64,000 nucleotides of DNA, taken from positions 1,530 to 65,529 of the forward strand of contig JABDAO010000004.1 of the NCBI GenBank assembly GCA_013289095.1, in the 5' to 3' direction. Under the pieces are notes generated by a model. It was not told the DNA's origin and ran no database searches. It was given only the letters and a program-made list of their open reading frames with translations. This document shows, piece after piece, positions 1-10,748 of this stretch (position 1 is its first letter; every line of letters begins with the position of its first letter). This DNA is from Bacteroidota bacterium (lineage in GTDB: Bacteria; Bacteroidota; Bacteroidia; Palsa-965). The translations under genes and the position numbers were made by a program.

Positions 1-224
1 TCTTCTTTTTTTTCAATTCCTCTTCGCAAAATTCTGGAAATCAATGCGAATTAACCGGTGAAGGATTTGATGTACCTCGATTGCAGACCCCGTGAATAGC
101 TGATTTTTCAAATCGTTCTCCTTCAAAAGGGTGAACAGCGCCGTAGACGCCGAGGCATACTGCATTGATATCGCGATCGGGTGTATTTTGTACCTTGCAG
201 CCGATTTTCAAACCAACTTGTTCC

Positions 225-812
225 ATGCACGCACTTCTGGCTCTTCATATTATTTTTATCGTGACCTGGTTTGCAGGGCTCTTCTATATTGTCCGTTTGT
301 TTATCTATATGACAGAAACACAAAACCTTCAAGAACCTGACCGGAGCATCTTGCAAAAACAGTACAAGATCATGATGCGGAGGCTTTGGTTTGGCATTAC
401 CTGGCCATCGGCCATCGCAACATTTATATTTGGGCCCTGGCTCCTGTTTGGCTATTTCCCATTTTATCTGCGGGAATCGTTCTTTTTACTAAAGTTGTGT
501 TTTGTGTTTGGGCTGGCCTTGTACCATATCCAGTGCCATGTCATTTTTAAGCAATTGAAGGCCGATGTATTCAAACATTCATCGATGTGGCTGAGGTTCT
601 GGAATGAAGTGGCAAGCATTTTTCTGGTAGCCATTGTATTCATCATCGAACTGAAACAAAACAACAGCGGTATGTGGACTGCCCTGGGGTTGATTGTTTT
701 TGCTACAGCGCTTTATCTGGGCGTGCAGCTTTATAAGAAGAGCAGGATGAAGGATATGGAAGAGGAGAAAAACAAAAACGTAAGCGGAGCAGACAAAGAG
801 GGCAAAGCCTAG
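225..812 (+). CDS. hemJ: HemJ-like protoporphyrinogen IX oxidase / UPF0093 membrane protein
   Basis: ORF 165-812. The internal Met at 225 begins MHALLALHIIFIVTWFAGLFYIVRLFIY, the N-terminal TM signature I associate with HemJ. Several further hydrophobic helices follow. Confidence 0.65.
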   Translation: MHALLALHIIFIVTWFAGLFYIVRLFIYMTETQNLQEPDRSILQKQYKIMMRRLWFGITWPSAIATFIFGPWLLFGYFPFYLRESFFLLKLCFVFGLALYHIQCHVIFKQLKADVFKHSSMWLRFWNEVASIFLVAIVFIIELKQNNSGMWTALGLIVFATALYLGVQLYKKSRMKDMEEEKNKNVSGADKEGKA

Positions 813-830
813 CGGGAGACAATCCATAAT

Positions 831-874
831 CAGCCCTCAATTCTCAGGTCTTTTTGCCAGAGGGTTGAGGGCTG
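831..874. terminator. hairpin between convergent genes (possible bidirectional terminator)
   Basis: CAGCCCTCAA (831-840) pairs with TTGAGGGCTG (865-874) and is followed by TTTG. The loop is long (24 nt). Confidence 0.4.
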
Positions 875-924
875 TTTGCAACCGCCAGTAGTGATCGATA
901 CATTGTTTTGGGGGAAAGCAAGAC

Positions 925-2025
925 CTATCTGATCAGCATCCACGCATCCTTGTTGGTGGTGCGGGCTTTGGCAAGGGCTTCGATCGCTTGTGCATAAGAG
1001 GCATAGCTGCCGTAACTCACATGGCGTAAAGAGCTGTTGGTTTTAAGGATGAAAGCATCAACGCCTTCGGTACGGAGTTTAGCTACGTAATGATCGGCGT
1101 TTTCGGGGATGGCAAAACAACCGCCTATGATGCTGTATTTTTCTCCCGTTGTTACATTTACGGTTTCGTTCTTTACTTTTTCGGAAACGGTTGTGGATAC
1201 CGCCGTTGATTCAGCCGCGGCTTCCTGCTTTAATTTCACCACAACAGGGGTCGTGTCTTTTTTGGCTGCGGCAAGCGGCTGTGCATTCGAAGTATCGATG
1301 CCCGGAGCTATTGGTTGAATGGGTTGTGAAAGAAGCGGTTTGATAAGGGGTGCCGTGAAACTCTTTTCGGTATAAACGCTTTTTTCTTTGTTTGCAAAAG
1401 GGTTCAGATTGGCATAATTCACGCCTTTCAGCAGATCGGTCCTGAGGGGGATCCAGATACCGGTAAATATAACCGCCGCTGCAAGGGTAAGCACCACATA
1501 CCGTTTTATGTTGAGTTTGCGTTTTACTTCGGCCGGAAGCACATCGCGGTCTTTCGGTTCTTTTTCCAGACGTGTCACAAAACCATCTCTTTTGATGGCT
1601 GGTGATTGAATGGAACAAAGACCAAATGAATCAAGCAGGTAATTAATGGCTGCATCGGGCTGGAACTGGATGTTCTTTTCGATGTCATGAAAAAGAATTC
1701 CGATATTGCTGAGAACGAGTTTCTTGCCTGTATATAGTGTTGAAGTGGAAGAAGCTGCAAATTCATTTATTTTTCCAAGAGCTTCCTGATAAGAAAGTTG
1801 TTGGGTAGCTACCAGATGGTTGGCAAGAAGCCCGTCGTTGTTTTTAAGATTTTTGTTGAAAACAATACTCCGGGAAGGAGGGGTAAATGTGTGTTGGGTA
1901 GGATGCACTTCTGCCGGACGATAATTGGTCACAAATCCCCCAAAACCGGGTATAATTACACACTCATGTGTAAACAATAATTCGCTGATTGACTGATCGA
2001 GATTCATCTCTGCAAATTTAGACAA
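925..2025 (-). CDS. HU-CCDC81-like N-terminal domain plus C-terminal SPOR domain protein
   Basis: 366-aa ORF. N-terminus is LLFTHECVIIPGFGGFVTNYRPAEVHP. There is a central TM helix. The C-terminus YSIIGGCFAIPENADHYVAKLRTEGVDAFIL...SYGSYASYAQA is typical of SPOR. Confidence 0.75.
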   Translation of the reverse strand: MSKFAEMNLDQSISELLFTHECVIIPGFGGFVTNYRPAEVHPTQHTFTPPSRSIVFNKNLKNNDGLLANHLVATQQLSYQEALGKINEFAASSTSTLYTGKKLVLSNIGILFHDIEKNIQFQPDAAINYLLDSFGLCSIQSPAIKRDGFVTRLEKEPKDRDVLPAEVKRKLNIKRYVVLTLAAAVIFTGIWIPLRTDLLKGVNYANLNPFANKEKSVYTEKSFTAPLIKPLLSQPIQPIAPGIDTSNAQPLAAAKKDTTPVVVKLKQEAAAESTAVSTTVSEKVKNETVNVTTGEKYSIIGGCFAIPENADHYVAKLRTEGVDAFILKTNSSLRHVSYGSYASYAQAIEALAKARTTNKDAWMLIR

Positions 2026-2236
2026 AAATGCGTTTCGGGGTTTGATTTCTGGTTCTTTAATCTCACCTGTTCCCGGTTAACGCATCGATCAACTGGGGGG
2101 TGTGATTCGCTGTCTGATTCAGAATCAGGGAGTTCGGCGCTCAGCAGCCGCTTATGGGGGGGCATCCTCGAACAAACCCTCAACTCCCAATAACTTTGTT
2201 TTTCTCGCGTGGAAAAGCTACGTTTGCAAATAGCCT

Positions 2237-3145
2237 ATGTCTCCTTTAAAACAACGCCGTCTTCAGTCTGTGCTCCTGGTCTTTGCGTTGTGCCTGTCGG
2301 GGTTGATCAGTATCAGTTTTGGTGTCCATTCCTCAGTCATCCTACACACCACTGTTCTGCCCGGAGAGGAAAAACCAACCGCAAAAACCATCGTTTCCAA
2401 ACTGATTGCCTCGGCCGATGCATTGCGTGGGGCTGCATTCGACCTGAAAATACAGGAACGGACCGGTTCCAAATTCAGGAATTCGACCTCACATGTAAAG
2501 CTTCAACGGTTTCCTGAAAAGATCTACATTAAAATGGCGGGCCCGGAGCTGCTCTATGCAAAAGGCATGAACAACGACAAAGTGCTTGTAAACCCAGCCG
2601 GGTTTCCGTATGTCGATTTAAACCTCGACATCAACAGCACAACCCTTCATAAAGACCAGCATCATACCATGCATGACGTAGGTTTTGATTTCATGACGGA
2701 GATCATCAAAGACGCCCTGGTCCGTACAGGCCCCAAATTTGAAGAATATTTTAAATACGAGGGACTGGTGACCTGGAACAACCAGAGTTGCTATAAAATT
2801 ACCATCACCGATGCAGCGTACAAGTTTACGAGTTACATTGCAAAAAAAGGCGAATCGCTTATTTCCATTGCCCGGAGAATGAAACTGAGTGAATATAAAA
2901 TAGGCGAACTGAACAAACTGACCGAATACGATGCGTTGCTAAAACCCGGCAAAGTGCTTGTCATCCCTACCTCGTATGCACGCATGACCGAACTGCTGAT
3001 CGACCCGGTCTCCTGGCTTCCGGTGAGCTCTAAGGTATTCGACAATGAAGGCCTTTTCGAAGCATACGAATACCTGAACCTGAAGATAAATCCTGACTTC
3101 GCCGCAAATGAATTTACGAAAGATTTTAAGGGCTACGGTTTTTGA
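2237..3145 (+). CDS. secreted LysM-domain protein (DUF1571-like)
   Basis: 302-aa ORF with an N-terminal signal/TM. LysM-like stretch: YIAKKGESLISIARRMKLSEYKIGELNKLTEYDALLKPGKVLVIP. Confidence 0.65.
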   Translation: MSPLKQRRLQSVLLVFALCLSGLISISFGVHSSVILHTTVLPGEEKPTAKTIVSKLIASADALRGAAFDLKIQERTGSKFRNSTSHVKLQRFPEKIYIKMAGPELLYAKGMNNDKVLVNPAGFPYVDLNLDINSTTLHKDQHHTMHDVGFDFMTEIIKDALVRTGPKFEEYFKYEGLVTWNNQSCYKITITDAAYKFTSYIAKKGESLISIARRMKLSEYKIGELNKLTEYDALLKPGKVLVIPTSYARMTELLIDPVSWLPVSSKVFDNEGLFEAYEYLNLKINPDFAANEFTKDFKGYGF

Positions 3146-3250
3146 TCATTGCTTAAAGTCTGGGGCTCCTTATCCGCTTGTCAGAACCGAAGAAATTGTT
3201 TTTTAAACCTGTGCCGCCTGTTTGCCGTTTAGTGTCATACCGTAAAGAGC

Positions 3251-4261
3251 ATGAAGCGATTTCTAAGTATTTTTTTTATGTTTTTTCCTTCTTTTATCCA
3301 GGTGCCGTTGCGCAGGTTATCTGGACAGAGGATCGGTAAAGGCTCCCGTATCAGGTTTGGCACACTCCTGATCGCACAAGAGGTAAATCTCGGTCAAGGA
3401 GTTTCTCTGGGCCCTTTTTGTTTGATCCGCGCAGAAAAGCTGACGCTGGCCGACTATAGCATGGTCAAAACACTCAGTCTTGTTTCAACCCGCATTGTCT
3501 CCTTCGGAAAGTACGTACACATCGCACCGCTCTCCATCATCCTGAGCGAATTCACCGAAAATTCCAGGATTGAAATCGGCGACCACAGCCGTGTATTTCC
3601 GTTCAGCTGGATGGACACCGGCGAAGGCATCAGCATCGGCAAACAAACAAGCGTGGGCACCCATACACTGATCTATTCGCATGGTACATGGCCCGACTAT
3701 TTAAAGGGTGGGGCGGTGACATTCGGTCCTGTTGTGGTGGGTGATGAGGTGTATCTGGCTACCCGTATTACCATCCTGCCCAATGTGGTGATCGGCAACA
3801 ACACCATCGTAGGCTCAAGCTCGTTTGTGAATAAATCGTTTCCGGATAATGTCATGATCGGCGGAACTCCGGCAAGGATCATCAAAGAAAATTTAGCCAC
3901 CGCATTAGACCCGGCCCAGAAGCTTGCCAAGGCCAACGAAATTCTGTTGGGCTTTAAGAACTACATGGAATTTAAGTATAAGATCGCTGTTCAGGGCCAG
4001 CCCGGCCAGCTCCGCTTTGATACAGGTAAAATAATTATTGATGATGTCTCCACGTTACAGGCAGGCGATTTGTTGTTCCTGGTGAACACGCATCTGACCG
4101 CCGATCAGCTTAAAAATTTCAAAGAGCGAAAGATCTCCGTACTCGATCATCAGGAAAAACAGATCTGGCTTGGCGGAAAAGATCGCGGAGGACATCAGGT
4201 AGTTACAAATTTCATTTCCTTTATACGTCGGTACGGAGTACGTCTTTACATCAACAAATAG
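3251..4261 (+). CDS. hexapeptide-repeat (left-handed beta-helix) acyltransferase
   Basis: 336-aa ORF with repeated [LIV]G-x4 hexapeptide pattern (IGDHSRVFP..., IGKQTSVG..., VGDEVYLA..., IGNNTIVG...) and an extra C-terminal domain. Confidence 0.7.
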   Translation: MKRFLSIFFMFFPSFIQVPLRRLSGQRIGKGSRIRFGTLLIAQEVNLGQGVSLGPFCLIRAEKLTLADYSMVKTLSLVSTRIVSFGKYVHIAPLSIILSEFTENSRIEIGDHSRVFPFSWMDTGEGISIGKQTSVGTHTLIYSHGTWPDYLKGGAVTFGPVVVGDEVYLATRITILPNVVIGNNTIVGSSSFVNKSFPDNVMIGGTPARIIKENLATALDPAQKLAKANEILLGFKNYMEFKYKIAVQGQPGQLRFDTGKIIIDDVSTLQAGDLLFLVNTHLTADQLKNFKERKISVLDHQEKQIWLGGKDRGGHQVVTNFISFIRRYGVRLYINK

Positions 4262-4283
4262 CCTTCCTTCAATTATTCACCCT

Positions 4284-4993
4284 ATGAGCCTTATTTTAAG
4301 AGCAGATGTTGATAAGCCTTATGGCCACTCCAATCTCATCCGAAAAGTGAGCAGTAAATGGGTGGAGGAATTTTTTTCGATCCCGTTCTTCGGAAGCATC
4401 GGTTATCTGACCCACCAGATTCAATTCCTCGAATATTGTAATTCCATGCACATCGCCGGGTTTATGTATCACCGTACATGTACCGCACCGAATGCGGAAG
4501 TGTTTGAATTGCTAAGTTCGGGCGGGCACAAGCTGTGTTTCATGCCGAGAATACCCGGAGCCTGGAAACGTTTACGGCCGAGTTGAATTTGTTTAAGACC
4601 AAAGTTGCCCCGAACCCGGTTGAATCGTTTACCAAACATGGCTCTGGGGTGCTGAAACTCGGGCGGCATCATTATCCGGCCTATGAGCCTGAAAAATACA
4701 AACAATGGGCGGTCCAGACGGCTACCCGTTTCGATTTCGGGAATGGCATTGCAACCTGGGAAGCTGAGCTTTTTGCCGCCGACGGGTTCTATGCGAATAT
4801 GTTTTGGATAGAACGTGATTACCGGGCCCCTGAATTTAATGAGCTTCAGCAAGCGCTTGATGCGGCAAAGAAAGCAGACGTGGTGGTGCTCATTCATCCC
4901 TGCAATTTTCACAGCTCAGCGATCGTGTCAGACAATTTCAAACAACTGGCTGAACTTGCTCAAGCGCAGGACGTAGCGTGGAAGGTCTATTAA
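4284..4993 (+). pseudogene. polysaccharide-deacetylase-like gene split by a frameshift (or sequencing error)
   Basis: ORFs 4284-4586 and 4535-4993 overlap by 52 nt in different frames. The first ends ...SSGGHKLCFM and the second begins (GTG) FHAENTRSLETF. Joined they give GHKL-x-FHAEN, a plausible metal-binding His motif. The second ORF has no convincing start of its own. Confidence 0.45.
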
Positions 4994-5113
4994 CGTTCCG
5001 CAAGGTGAACCTGGGGTGAAAAAACCAACAGGTATGCCTCCTGTGGCAAAACAGCTCTCTTCTGAACAAACCTTGTTCAGGATCTGAACAGAATACAGAT
5101 CCCCACTCAGACT

Positions 5114-7420
5114 TCAGAACTTAACGCTTATCTGCAAGGCGTAGTTACGCATTGGCAAAACATCTGCCGGGCGGCTCGTTACTTCGCGGTTAAACATATT
5201 GTTGGTGATGAGCGATATTTTTGCCCGTTTGTTTAACTGGTACGAAATGCGGTTGTCGAAAACAATGTCGCCGTTTGGATATTCCTGCCTGTATTGTGCA
5301 ATCCCGGGGAGTACACCGGCAAACTGAGGATTTACAAAGAACTTGTCGATGTTTACCATGAAGCTGTTGTAACGCATGCTTAGTCCAAAAGCAAACTTTT
5401 TGTAGGTGAATTCGATGTCGGCTTTTGCGATGTGCTGATAACGGTATTTCAGGATGTTTTTTGTGGATGAATTTACAAGGGTATCAACTTTGGGGTTAAA
5501 ATTCAGGCTGATCGGGTCTATATAAGTATATCCAAACATTCCTCTGATCCCGACTTTCCCGATATGTCCTCCTCCTTCGAGCGAAACATCAACTCCGGTA
5601 ATCTGCGTAGTGCCTACATCGTTTTGAGCCCTGAAGCCGGTCCCAAACAGGGGGTCTGTATTGGGGTTTCCCCATTGCCCGAAGGTAGGTTCAATCATAT
5701 TCTGGTATAGCATCTGAAACCCGGCAACATCCAGAAAGCCGCGGATGCCGCCTATCTGAAAACCTTGTTTGATCCCGATCTCCGCGCTCGAACCGGTCTC
5801 GGGTTTGAGCCCGGCATTGGGATAGATTTCGAGACCGCTTTCATCGGCCCGGATGTATTTTTCGGCAACAGCCGGAAAACGATAACCCTGTCCGTAGGAA
5901 GCACGCAGATAGGTTGCTTTGAAGAGCTGATAGTTAAGACCAGCGCGCATCACCGGGTGGAAGGGTACCTTGCCAAGGGTGTCTTTGCCGTTATGGATGT
6001 AAAAAGCAGTCTGGCTGGTATCCATCTTATACGATTCAGCCCTGAAACCCAACGAAGCGGTAAGTCTTTTAAAGAATTTTTTATCGAATTGCATGTAGGC
6101 CGATTCGTTGGATGAATAATGATTGCCATACAGGGCCGAAACGATCTGCGAATAATTCATGGTTACCCCGGCCGTCATCGTCAATCCGTTCTCGAAATGT
6201 TTCTGATATTGATATTCGAAGTAATAAAGCCCGCCCATGGCCTTCTGATCGGTATTGTTTGTATTGAGGGTATAGAAGTAACGGGTATGGATGCTGTGTT
6301 TTGCGCCCTTCCTGGTGAAATAGGTGATATAGGGATCGATGTTGCACCGGATGTTGTCATACTGCTGTGCGGAGCCTCCTAACGGAACCAGGGCGCCTGC
6401 ATTGCCGTTCGACCAGAGGATGAAATTTCCACCGCTCACATCCATATAATTCACATTGATGCCCGCGCTCAAACCTGTAATGCGTTTGAAGCGGTAGCGG
6501 GTATTGATATTGAAACGGTACCGTTTTTCGGGTGAATCCATGTCATAACCCTGGTTGTCGTATAGATTTCCTCCAATGGTGAGATCCAGTTGTTTGATTT
6601 GCTGGGAATGGAAAAAGTAGCAACCGTTGAATACAGGGTTTTGGTTGTTTTTCCACCAGGCCAGTTCCGGACGCGCCGGGTTATCATAGATGCCCGAATA
6701 CATCACAATAGACGATTGGGGGGTAGCTGTAGGATACGCCGTTCGGATGTTGATGACCCCATCCAGGGCCGAGGAACCGAAAAGAGCAGAGGATGCGCCT
6801 TTGATGACTTCAACCTGTTGCAGGTTTTCGATCGGTAAAAAATTCCATTTGATGTCACCGGCATCGGCAGACAACATCGGGATATCATCCACGAGCAACA
6901 AAACCCTGCTGCCCCCTCCATACGAGTATCCGCTGCCTCCCCGGATATTTGCCTGACCATCGGTTACATTGACCCCGGGAACCTGGTCAATGATATTTTC
7001 CATCGAAGTGGTGTTCCTGCTTTCTACCAGTTGTGGGGTGATGACTTCCATCGAAACGGTAACATCTCCCAGTTTTTGTTCGAATTTTCCGGCCGATACA
7101 ACAACCATATCGAGCGATCTGGAACTTGTTTCCATCGTAATATCGAGCCGTAGTGAATCACCAGTCTTCAATTCAATGGCACGGGTTACGGGGTTATATC
7201 CCAAAAGCTTAAATTCGAGGTTGTGTTTTCCTTCGGTGAGGCTGAGTGTATAGTTCCCATTTACATCGCTTATGCCCCCGGTTCTTGAATCGGCAATGAT
7301 GGCTACACCCATGAGCCCATCGGAGGTTAGTTTGTCCTTGATTTTTCCTTTTACAACAATCTGGGCTTCAGCGAAGGAACAAACGAAAAACAGGGACAGG
7401 GATAAAATGATATTCTTCAT
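5114..7420 (-). CDS. TonB-dependent receptor with N-terminal carboxypeptidase-regulatory-like domain
   Basis: 768-aa ORF with a signal peptide and CarbopepD_reg-like VKGKIKDKLTSDGLMGVAII. Plug motifs DQVPGVNV, ANIRGGS and LLLVDDIP are present. C-terminal beta-barrel ends in F. Confidence 0.9.
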   Translation of the reverse strand: MKNIILSLSLFFVCSFAEAQIVVKGKIKDKLTSDGLMGVAIIADSRTGGISDVNGNYTLSLTEGKHNLEFKLLGYNPVTRAIELKTGDSLRLDITMETSSRSLDMVVVSAGKFEQKLGDVTVSMEVITPQLVESRNTTSMENIIDQVPGVNVTDGQANIRGGSGYSYGGGSRVLLLVDDIPMLSADAGDIKWNFLPIENLQQVEVIKGASSALFGSSALDGVINIRTAYPTATPQSSIVMYSGIYDNPARPELAWWKNNQNPVFNGCYFFHSQQIKQLDLTIGGNLYDNQGYDMDSPEKRYRFNINTRYRFKRITGLSAGINVNYMDVSGGNFILWSNGNAGALVPLGGSAQQYDNIRCNIDPYITYFTRKGAKHSIHTRYFYTLNTNNTDQKAMGGLYYFEYQYQKHFENGLTMTAGVTMNYSQIVSALYGNHYSSNESAYMQFDKKFFKRLTASLGFRAESYKMDTSQTAFYIHNGKDTLGKVPFHPVMRAGLNYQLFKATYLRASYGQGYRFPAVAEKYIRADESGLEIYPNAGLKPETGSSAEIGIKQGFQIGGIRGFLDVAGFQMLYQNMIEPTFGQWGNPNTDPLFGTGFRAQNDVGTTQITGVDVSLEGGGHIGKVGIRGMFGYTYIDPISLNFNPKVDTLVNSSTKNILKYRYQHIAKADIEFTYKKFAFGLSMRYNSFMVNIDKFFVNPQFAGVLPGIAQYRQEYPNGDIVFDNRISYQLNKRAKISLITNNMFNREVTSRPADVLPMRNYALQISVKF

Positions 7421-7487
7421 GAAAAGAGTCCTTTTATTTTGTCAGGTTGAGTTTAACTTGGGCTAAAGTACAAACTAAAACAAATAA

Positions 7488-8603
7488 ATGGATAAAACGT
7501 TTAGGATGGAAGAAGAATTAATATACAAAATTGCCCTGACGCTTATTCCAGGCATTGGCGATGTGTTGGGAAAGAAGTTGGTGGCCTATAGCGGAGGGGC
7601 TGAAGCAGTGTTCAAACAAAAGAAATCGGCCCTGCTAAAAATTCCGGGCATAGGCACTATTTTTGCGAATGCCGTGCTTCGGCAGCAGGTATTCGGACAG
7701 GCGGAGGCCGAAGTTTATTTTATGGAAAAGCATGGGATAAAACCGTTCTTCTATCTCGATGATGAGTATCCCTACAGGTTGAAGCAATGTGCAGACAGCC
7801 CGCTCATGCTTTATTTCAAAGGAGTGGCAGATCTCAATCCCCCGAAAATAATAGGCATAGTAGGCACGCGTAAACCAACACCCTTTGGTAAGGACCTTTG
7901 TACGGACCTGGTCGCGGCGCTTCAATCAGTCCAGGTCTGCGTTGTCAGCGGTCTGGCTTATGGCATAGACATCTGTGCGCATAAAACGTGTCTGAAACAG
8001 AAGCTCAGCACGGTTGGCGTACTGGCTCACGGACTGGATATGGTCTATCCTGCCCTGCACAAACCCATAGCGGATGAGATGATCCTGAATGGAGGATTAT
8101 TGACCGATTATCCAAGCGCCACAAAACCCGAGAAGGAGAACTTTCCCAGACGTAACCGGATTGTAGCCGGGTTGTGTGATGCAATCATCGTCGTTGAATC
8201 GGCGGTGGAAGGAGGATCAATGATTACGGCTGAAATAGCGAACTCGTACAGCCGAGAGGTTTTTGCGTTTCCCGGGCGTCCGAATGAATTTCTCTCGGCA
8301 GGCTGTAACAGGCTCATCAAAGACAACAAGGCTGCACTGATCGAAAACGGGGCCGATCTGATACGGATGATGCGGTGGGAAGAGGATAAAAAGCCCAAGC
8401 CCGTTCAGCCTGAATTATTTATTGAGCTTAAACCGGAGGAAGAAAGCGTGGTAGCTGTCATGAAGGATAAAGGGAACATACACATCGATGAAATAAGCGC
8501 CCGGGCAGGCATGCCGGTTTACAAAATATCCAGCCTGCTCCTGAACCTCGAATTTGCCGGAATCCTCCAGTCTCTGCCCGGAAAGATGTACCGGCTCAAC
8601 TGA
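7488..8603 (+). CDS. dprA: DNA-processing protein DprA (Smf)
   Basis: 371-aa ORF. Motifs IGIVGTRKPTPFGK, VVSGLAYGIDICAHK and RNRIVAGLCDAIIVVES match the DprA Rossmann core. The start could be the Met at 7506. Confidence 0.9.
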   Translation: MDKTFRMEEELIYKIALTLIPGIGDVLGKKLVAYSGGAEAVFKQKKSALLKIPGIGTIFANAVLRQQVFGQAEAEVYFMEKHGIKPFFYLDDEYPYRLKQCADSPLMLYFKGVADLNPPKIIGIVGTRKPTPFGKDLCTDLVAALQSVQVCVVSGLAYGIDICAHKTCLKQKLSTVGVLAHGLDMVYPALHKPIADEMILNGGLLTDYPSATKPEKENFPRRNRIVAGLCDAIIVVESAVEGGSMITAEIANSYSREVFAFPGRPNEFLSAGCNRLIKDNKAALIENGADLIRMMRWEEDKKPKPVQPELFIELKPEEESVVAVMKDKGNIHIDEISARAGMPVYKISSLLLNLEFAGILQSLPGKMYRLN

Positions 8604-8675
8604 GGAGAAGGCATTTCTCAAAGAAGCATAGTTTGATTAATTTCGCTCCCGGAATCACCCATTAAACTATTCATT

Positions 8676-9866
8676 ATGTACGGCAAATTCAAAGCGCATT
8701 TACAGACAGAACTAAATACAATCGAAGAAAACGGTCTTTATAAACGTGAACGGATCATCACCACTGCCCAAGGCGCTGTAGTGAAGGTGAATACCGGCGA
8801 AGAAGTGCTTGTTTTTTGTGCAAACAATTATCTGGGTTTATCCTCCCACCCCAAGGTGGTGGAAGCAGCTCATCAAACACTGGATGAATATGGGTATGGC
8901 ATGTCGTCGGTGAGGTTTATCTGCGGCACACAAACCATCCATAAAAAGCTGGAAGAAAAACTATCGGAGTTTCTAAAACAGGAAGATACGATCCTGTATG
9001 CAGCCTGTTTTGATGCCAACGGAGGGATTTTCGAACCCCTGCTGGGCGAAGAAGACGCCATCATTTCCGACGAACTCAACCATGCATCTATCATCGATGG
9101 GGTGCGTCTATGCAAGGCCCAGCGTTACCGCTATAAAAACAGCGATATGGCCGATCTCGAAGAACAGCTCATCAAAGCCCAGGCCCAGCGGTTCAGACTC
9201 ATTGTCACCGATGGTGTTTTTTCAATGGATGGTTATGTGGCCCCGCTTAATAAAATCTGTGATCTGGCCGATAAATACAATGCCATGGTGATGGTTGATG
9301 AAAGCCATGCCAGCGGTTTTATCGGTAAGACCGGGAGGGGGGCCATCGAACTAAAAAACGTGATGCACCGCGTTGATATTATTACCGGTACCCTTGGTAA
9401 GGCGCTGGGTGGTGCAATGGGAGGGTTTACTTCGGGCAAGAAAGAAATTATTGATCTTCTGCGCCAGCGTTCAAGGCCTTATCTTTTCTCAAACTCCCTG
9501 GCCCCGCATATTGCAGGGGCATCTATCGCCGTACTTGATATGTTGAGCAGCAATACCGAGCTGCGCGACAAACTCGAAGAAAATGTGATTTACTTTAAAA
9601 AAGGGATCAAGGCTGCCGGGTTCGAAATCAAGGATGGCGATTCGGCCATCGTACCGGTGATGCTTTACGATGCAAAACTGTCGCAGCAATTTGCCAATAA
9701 ACTGCTGGCCGAAGGAATATATGTGGTCGGTTTCTTTTATCCGGTGGTTCCTAAAGGCCAGGCAAGAATCAGGGTCCAGCTAAGCGCTGCACACGAACGG
9801 ATACATCTTGATAAAGCCATAAAGGCCTTCGAAAAGGTAGGCCGCGAACTGGGTGTGATTTCCTGA
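8676..9866 (+). CDS. kbl: glycine C-acetyltransferase (2-amino-3-ketobutyrate CoA ligase)
   Basis: 396-aa ORF. It is collinear with E. coli Kbl as I recall it ([41 protein letters not shown]-lysine region GTLGKALGG). Confidence 0.92.
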   Translation: MYGKFKAHLQTELNTIEENGLYKRERIITTAQGAVVKVNTGEEVLVFCANNYLGLSSHPKVVEAAHQTLDEYGYGMSSVRFICGTQTIHKKLEEKLSEFLKQEDTILYAACFDANGGIFEPLLGEEDAIISDELNHASIIDGVRLCKAQRYRYKNSDMADLEEQLIKAQAQRFRLIVTDGVFSMDGYVAPLNKICDLADKYNAMVMVDESHASGFIGKTGRGAIELKNVMHRVDIITGTLGKALGGAMGGFTSGKKEIIDLLRQRSRPYLFSNSLAPHIAGASIAVLDMLSSNTELRDKLEENVIYFKKGIKAAGFEIKDGDSAIVPVMLYDAKLSQQFANKLLAEGIYVVGFFYPVVPKGQARIRVQLSAAHERIHLDKAIKAFEKVGRELGVIS

Positions 9867-9947
9867 GAACGGTTTGGCCAGGAATCTGCTTTTCAGAATC
9901 AACTAATTTTCTTTGCCTTGTGTCAAATTCTGTGAATCCTACTGCTC

Positions 9948-10652
9948 ATGAGAAATGCCGATCGTTTTGAGAATGTGCTGATCGTTCTGTTTACATTAAT
10001 CATCCTTACATTCCTGCTTTTTATTACCGGGGTCTTCCATTTCAAGGCTCCTGCCGGGCCCCCGGTTAAATACGGGTTCATCAACAGGCTCGGTAAACTT
10101 CAGACGGATATAGTTTACGACAGTGTAGGCGATTTTCACGGGGGATTTGCAACGGTAAAAAAGGGGGGACAAGTCTTTGTCATCGATACTGCAGGACGAA
10201 AGACCACCCTGAAACCCTTTTATTTCAAGGCCGTCAGCTTCGATATCCATCACCATATTTCCTCCACAACAACAACTGAATTTCAGGCCCTGAACCGTCC
10301 CTATCTGGCCCTGGGCAATGAAAAAGACGGGAAGACGCTCTTTCGGATTCTCCGCCAGATGCGTGGCAGCAAGAGCTCCGAAGGCAAACACGACTTCGAT
10401 TTTGTGTACGCCTTTATCGACCGCCATGACCCCCGTTTTAAACCTGTTGTCTTTGAGGAGGCCTATCCGTTTTGCGACAGCATGGCCCTGGTAAGGGGCG
10501 CCTATGGAGTACGGCAGGGAAGGCCTTTCTCTGCACGCAGCTGGGGATATATCGGCCCCGATGGTCAATTCGTGGTCAGACCCATGTACTACGATGCACA
10601 CAGCTACAGCGAAGGCCTTGCTGCCGTTGCTATCCTGATGATACCACATTGA
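9948..10652 (+). CDS. WG-repeat (KWG-like) membrane-anchored protein
   Basis: 234-aa ORF with an N-terminal TM. Repeats are of the form GFINRLGKLQTDIVYDSVGDFHGGFATV and WGYIGPDGQFVVRPMYYDAHSYSEGLAAV. Confidence 0.6.
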   Translation: MRNADRFENVLIVLFTLIILTFLLFITGVFHFKAPAGPPVKYGFINRLGKLQTDIVYDSVGDFHGGFATVKKGGQVFVIDTAGRKTTLKPFYFKAVSFDIHHHISSTTTTEFQALNRPYLALGNEKDGKTLFRILRQMRGSKSSEGKHDFDFVYAFIDRHDPRFKPVVFEEAYPFCDSMALVRGAYGVRQGRPFSARSWGYIGPDGQFVVRPMYYDAHSYSEGLAAVAILMIPH

Positions 10653-10748
10653 TCCGGACCACCCTCTCCCGATGTCATTTTACACCCGTTTCTTCCAGCC
10701 AACAGGCATTTCGCTTACATTTACGCCGATCCGATACTCGTATACGAA

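Noticed and set aside
9996-10649. 217-aa antisense ORF opposite the WG-repeat gene
   Set aside because: The plus-strand ORF carries recognisable WG repeats and an N-terminal TM helix. The antisense ORF has neither.
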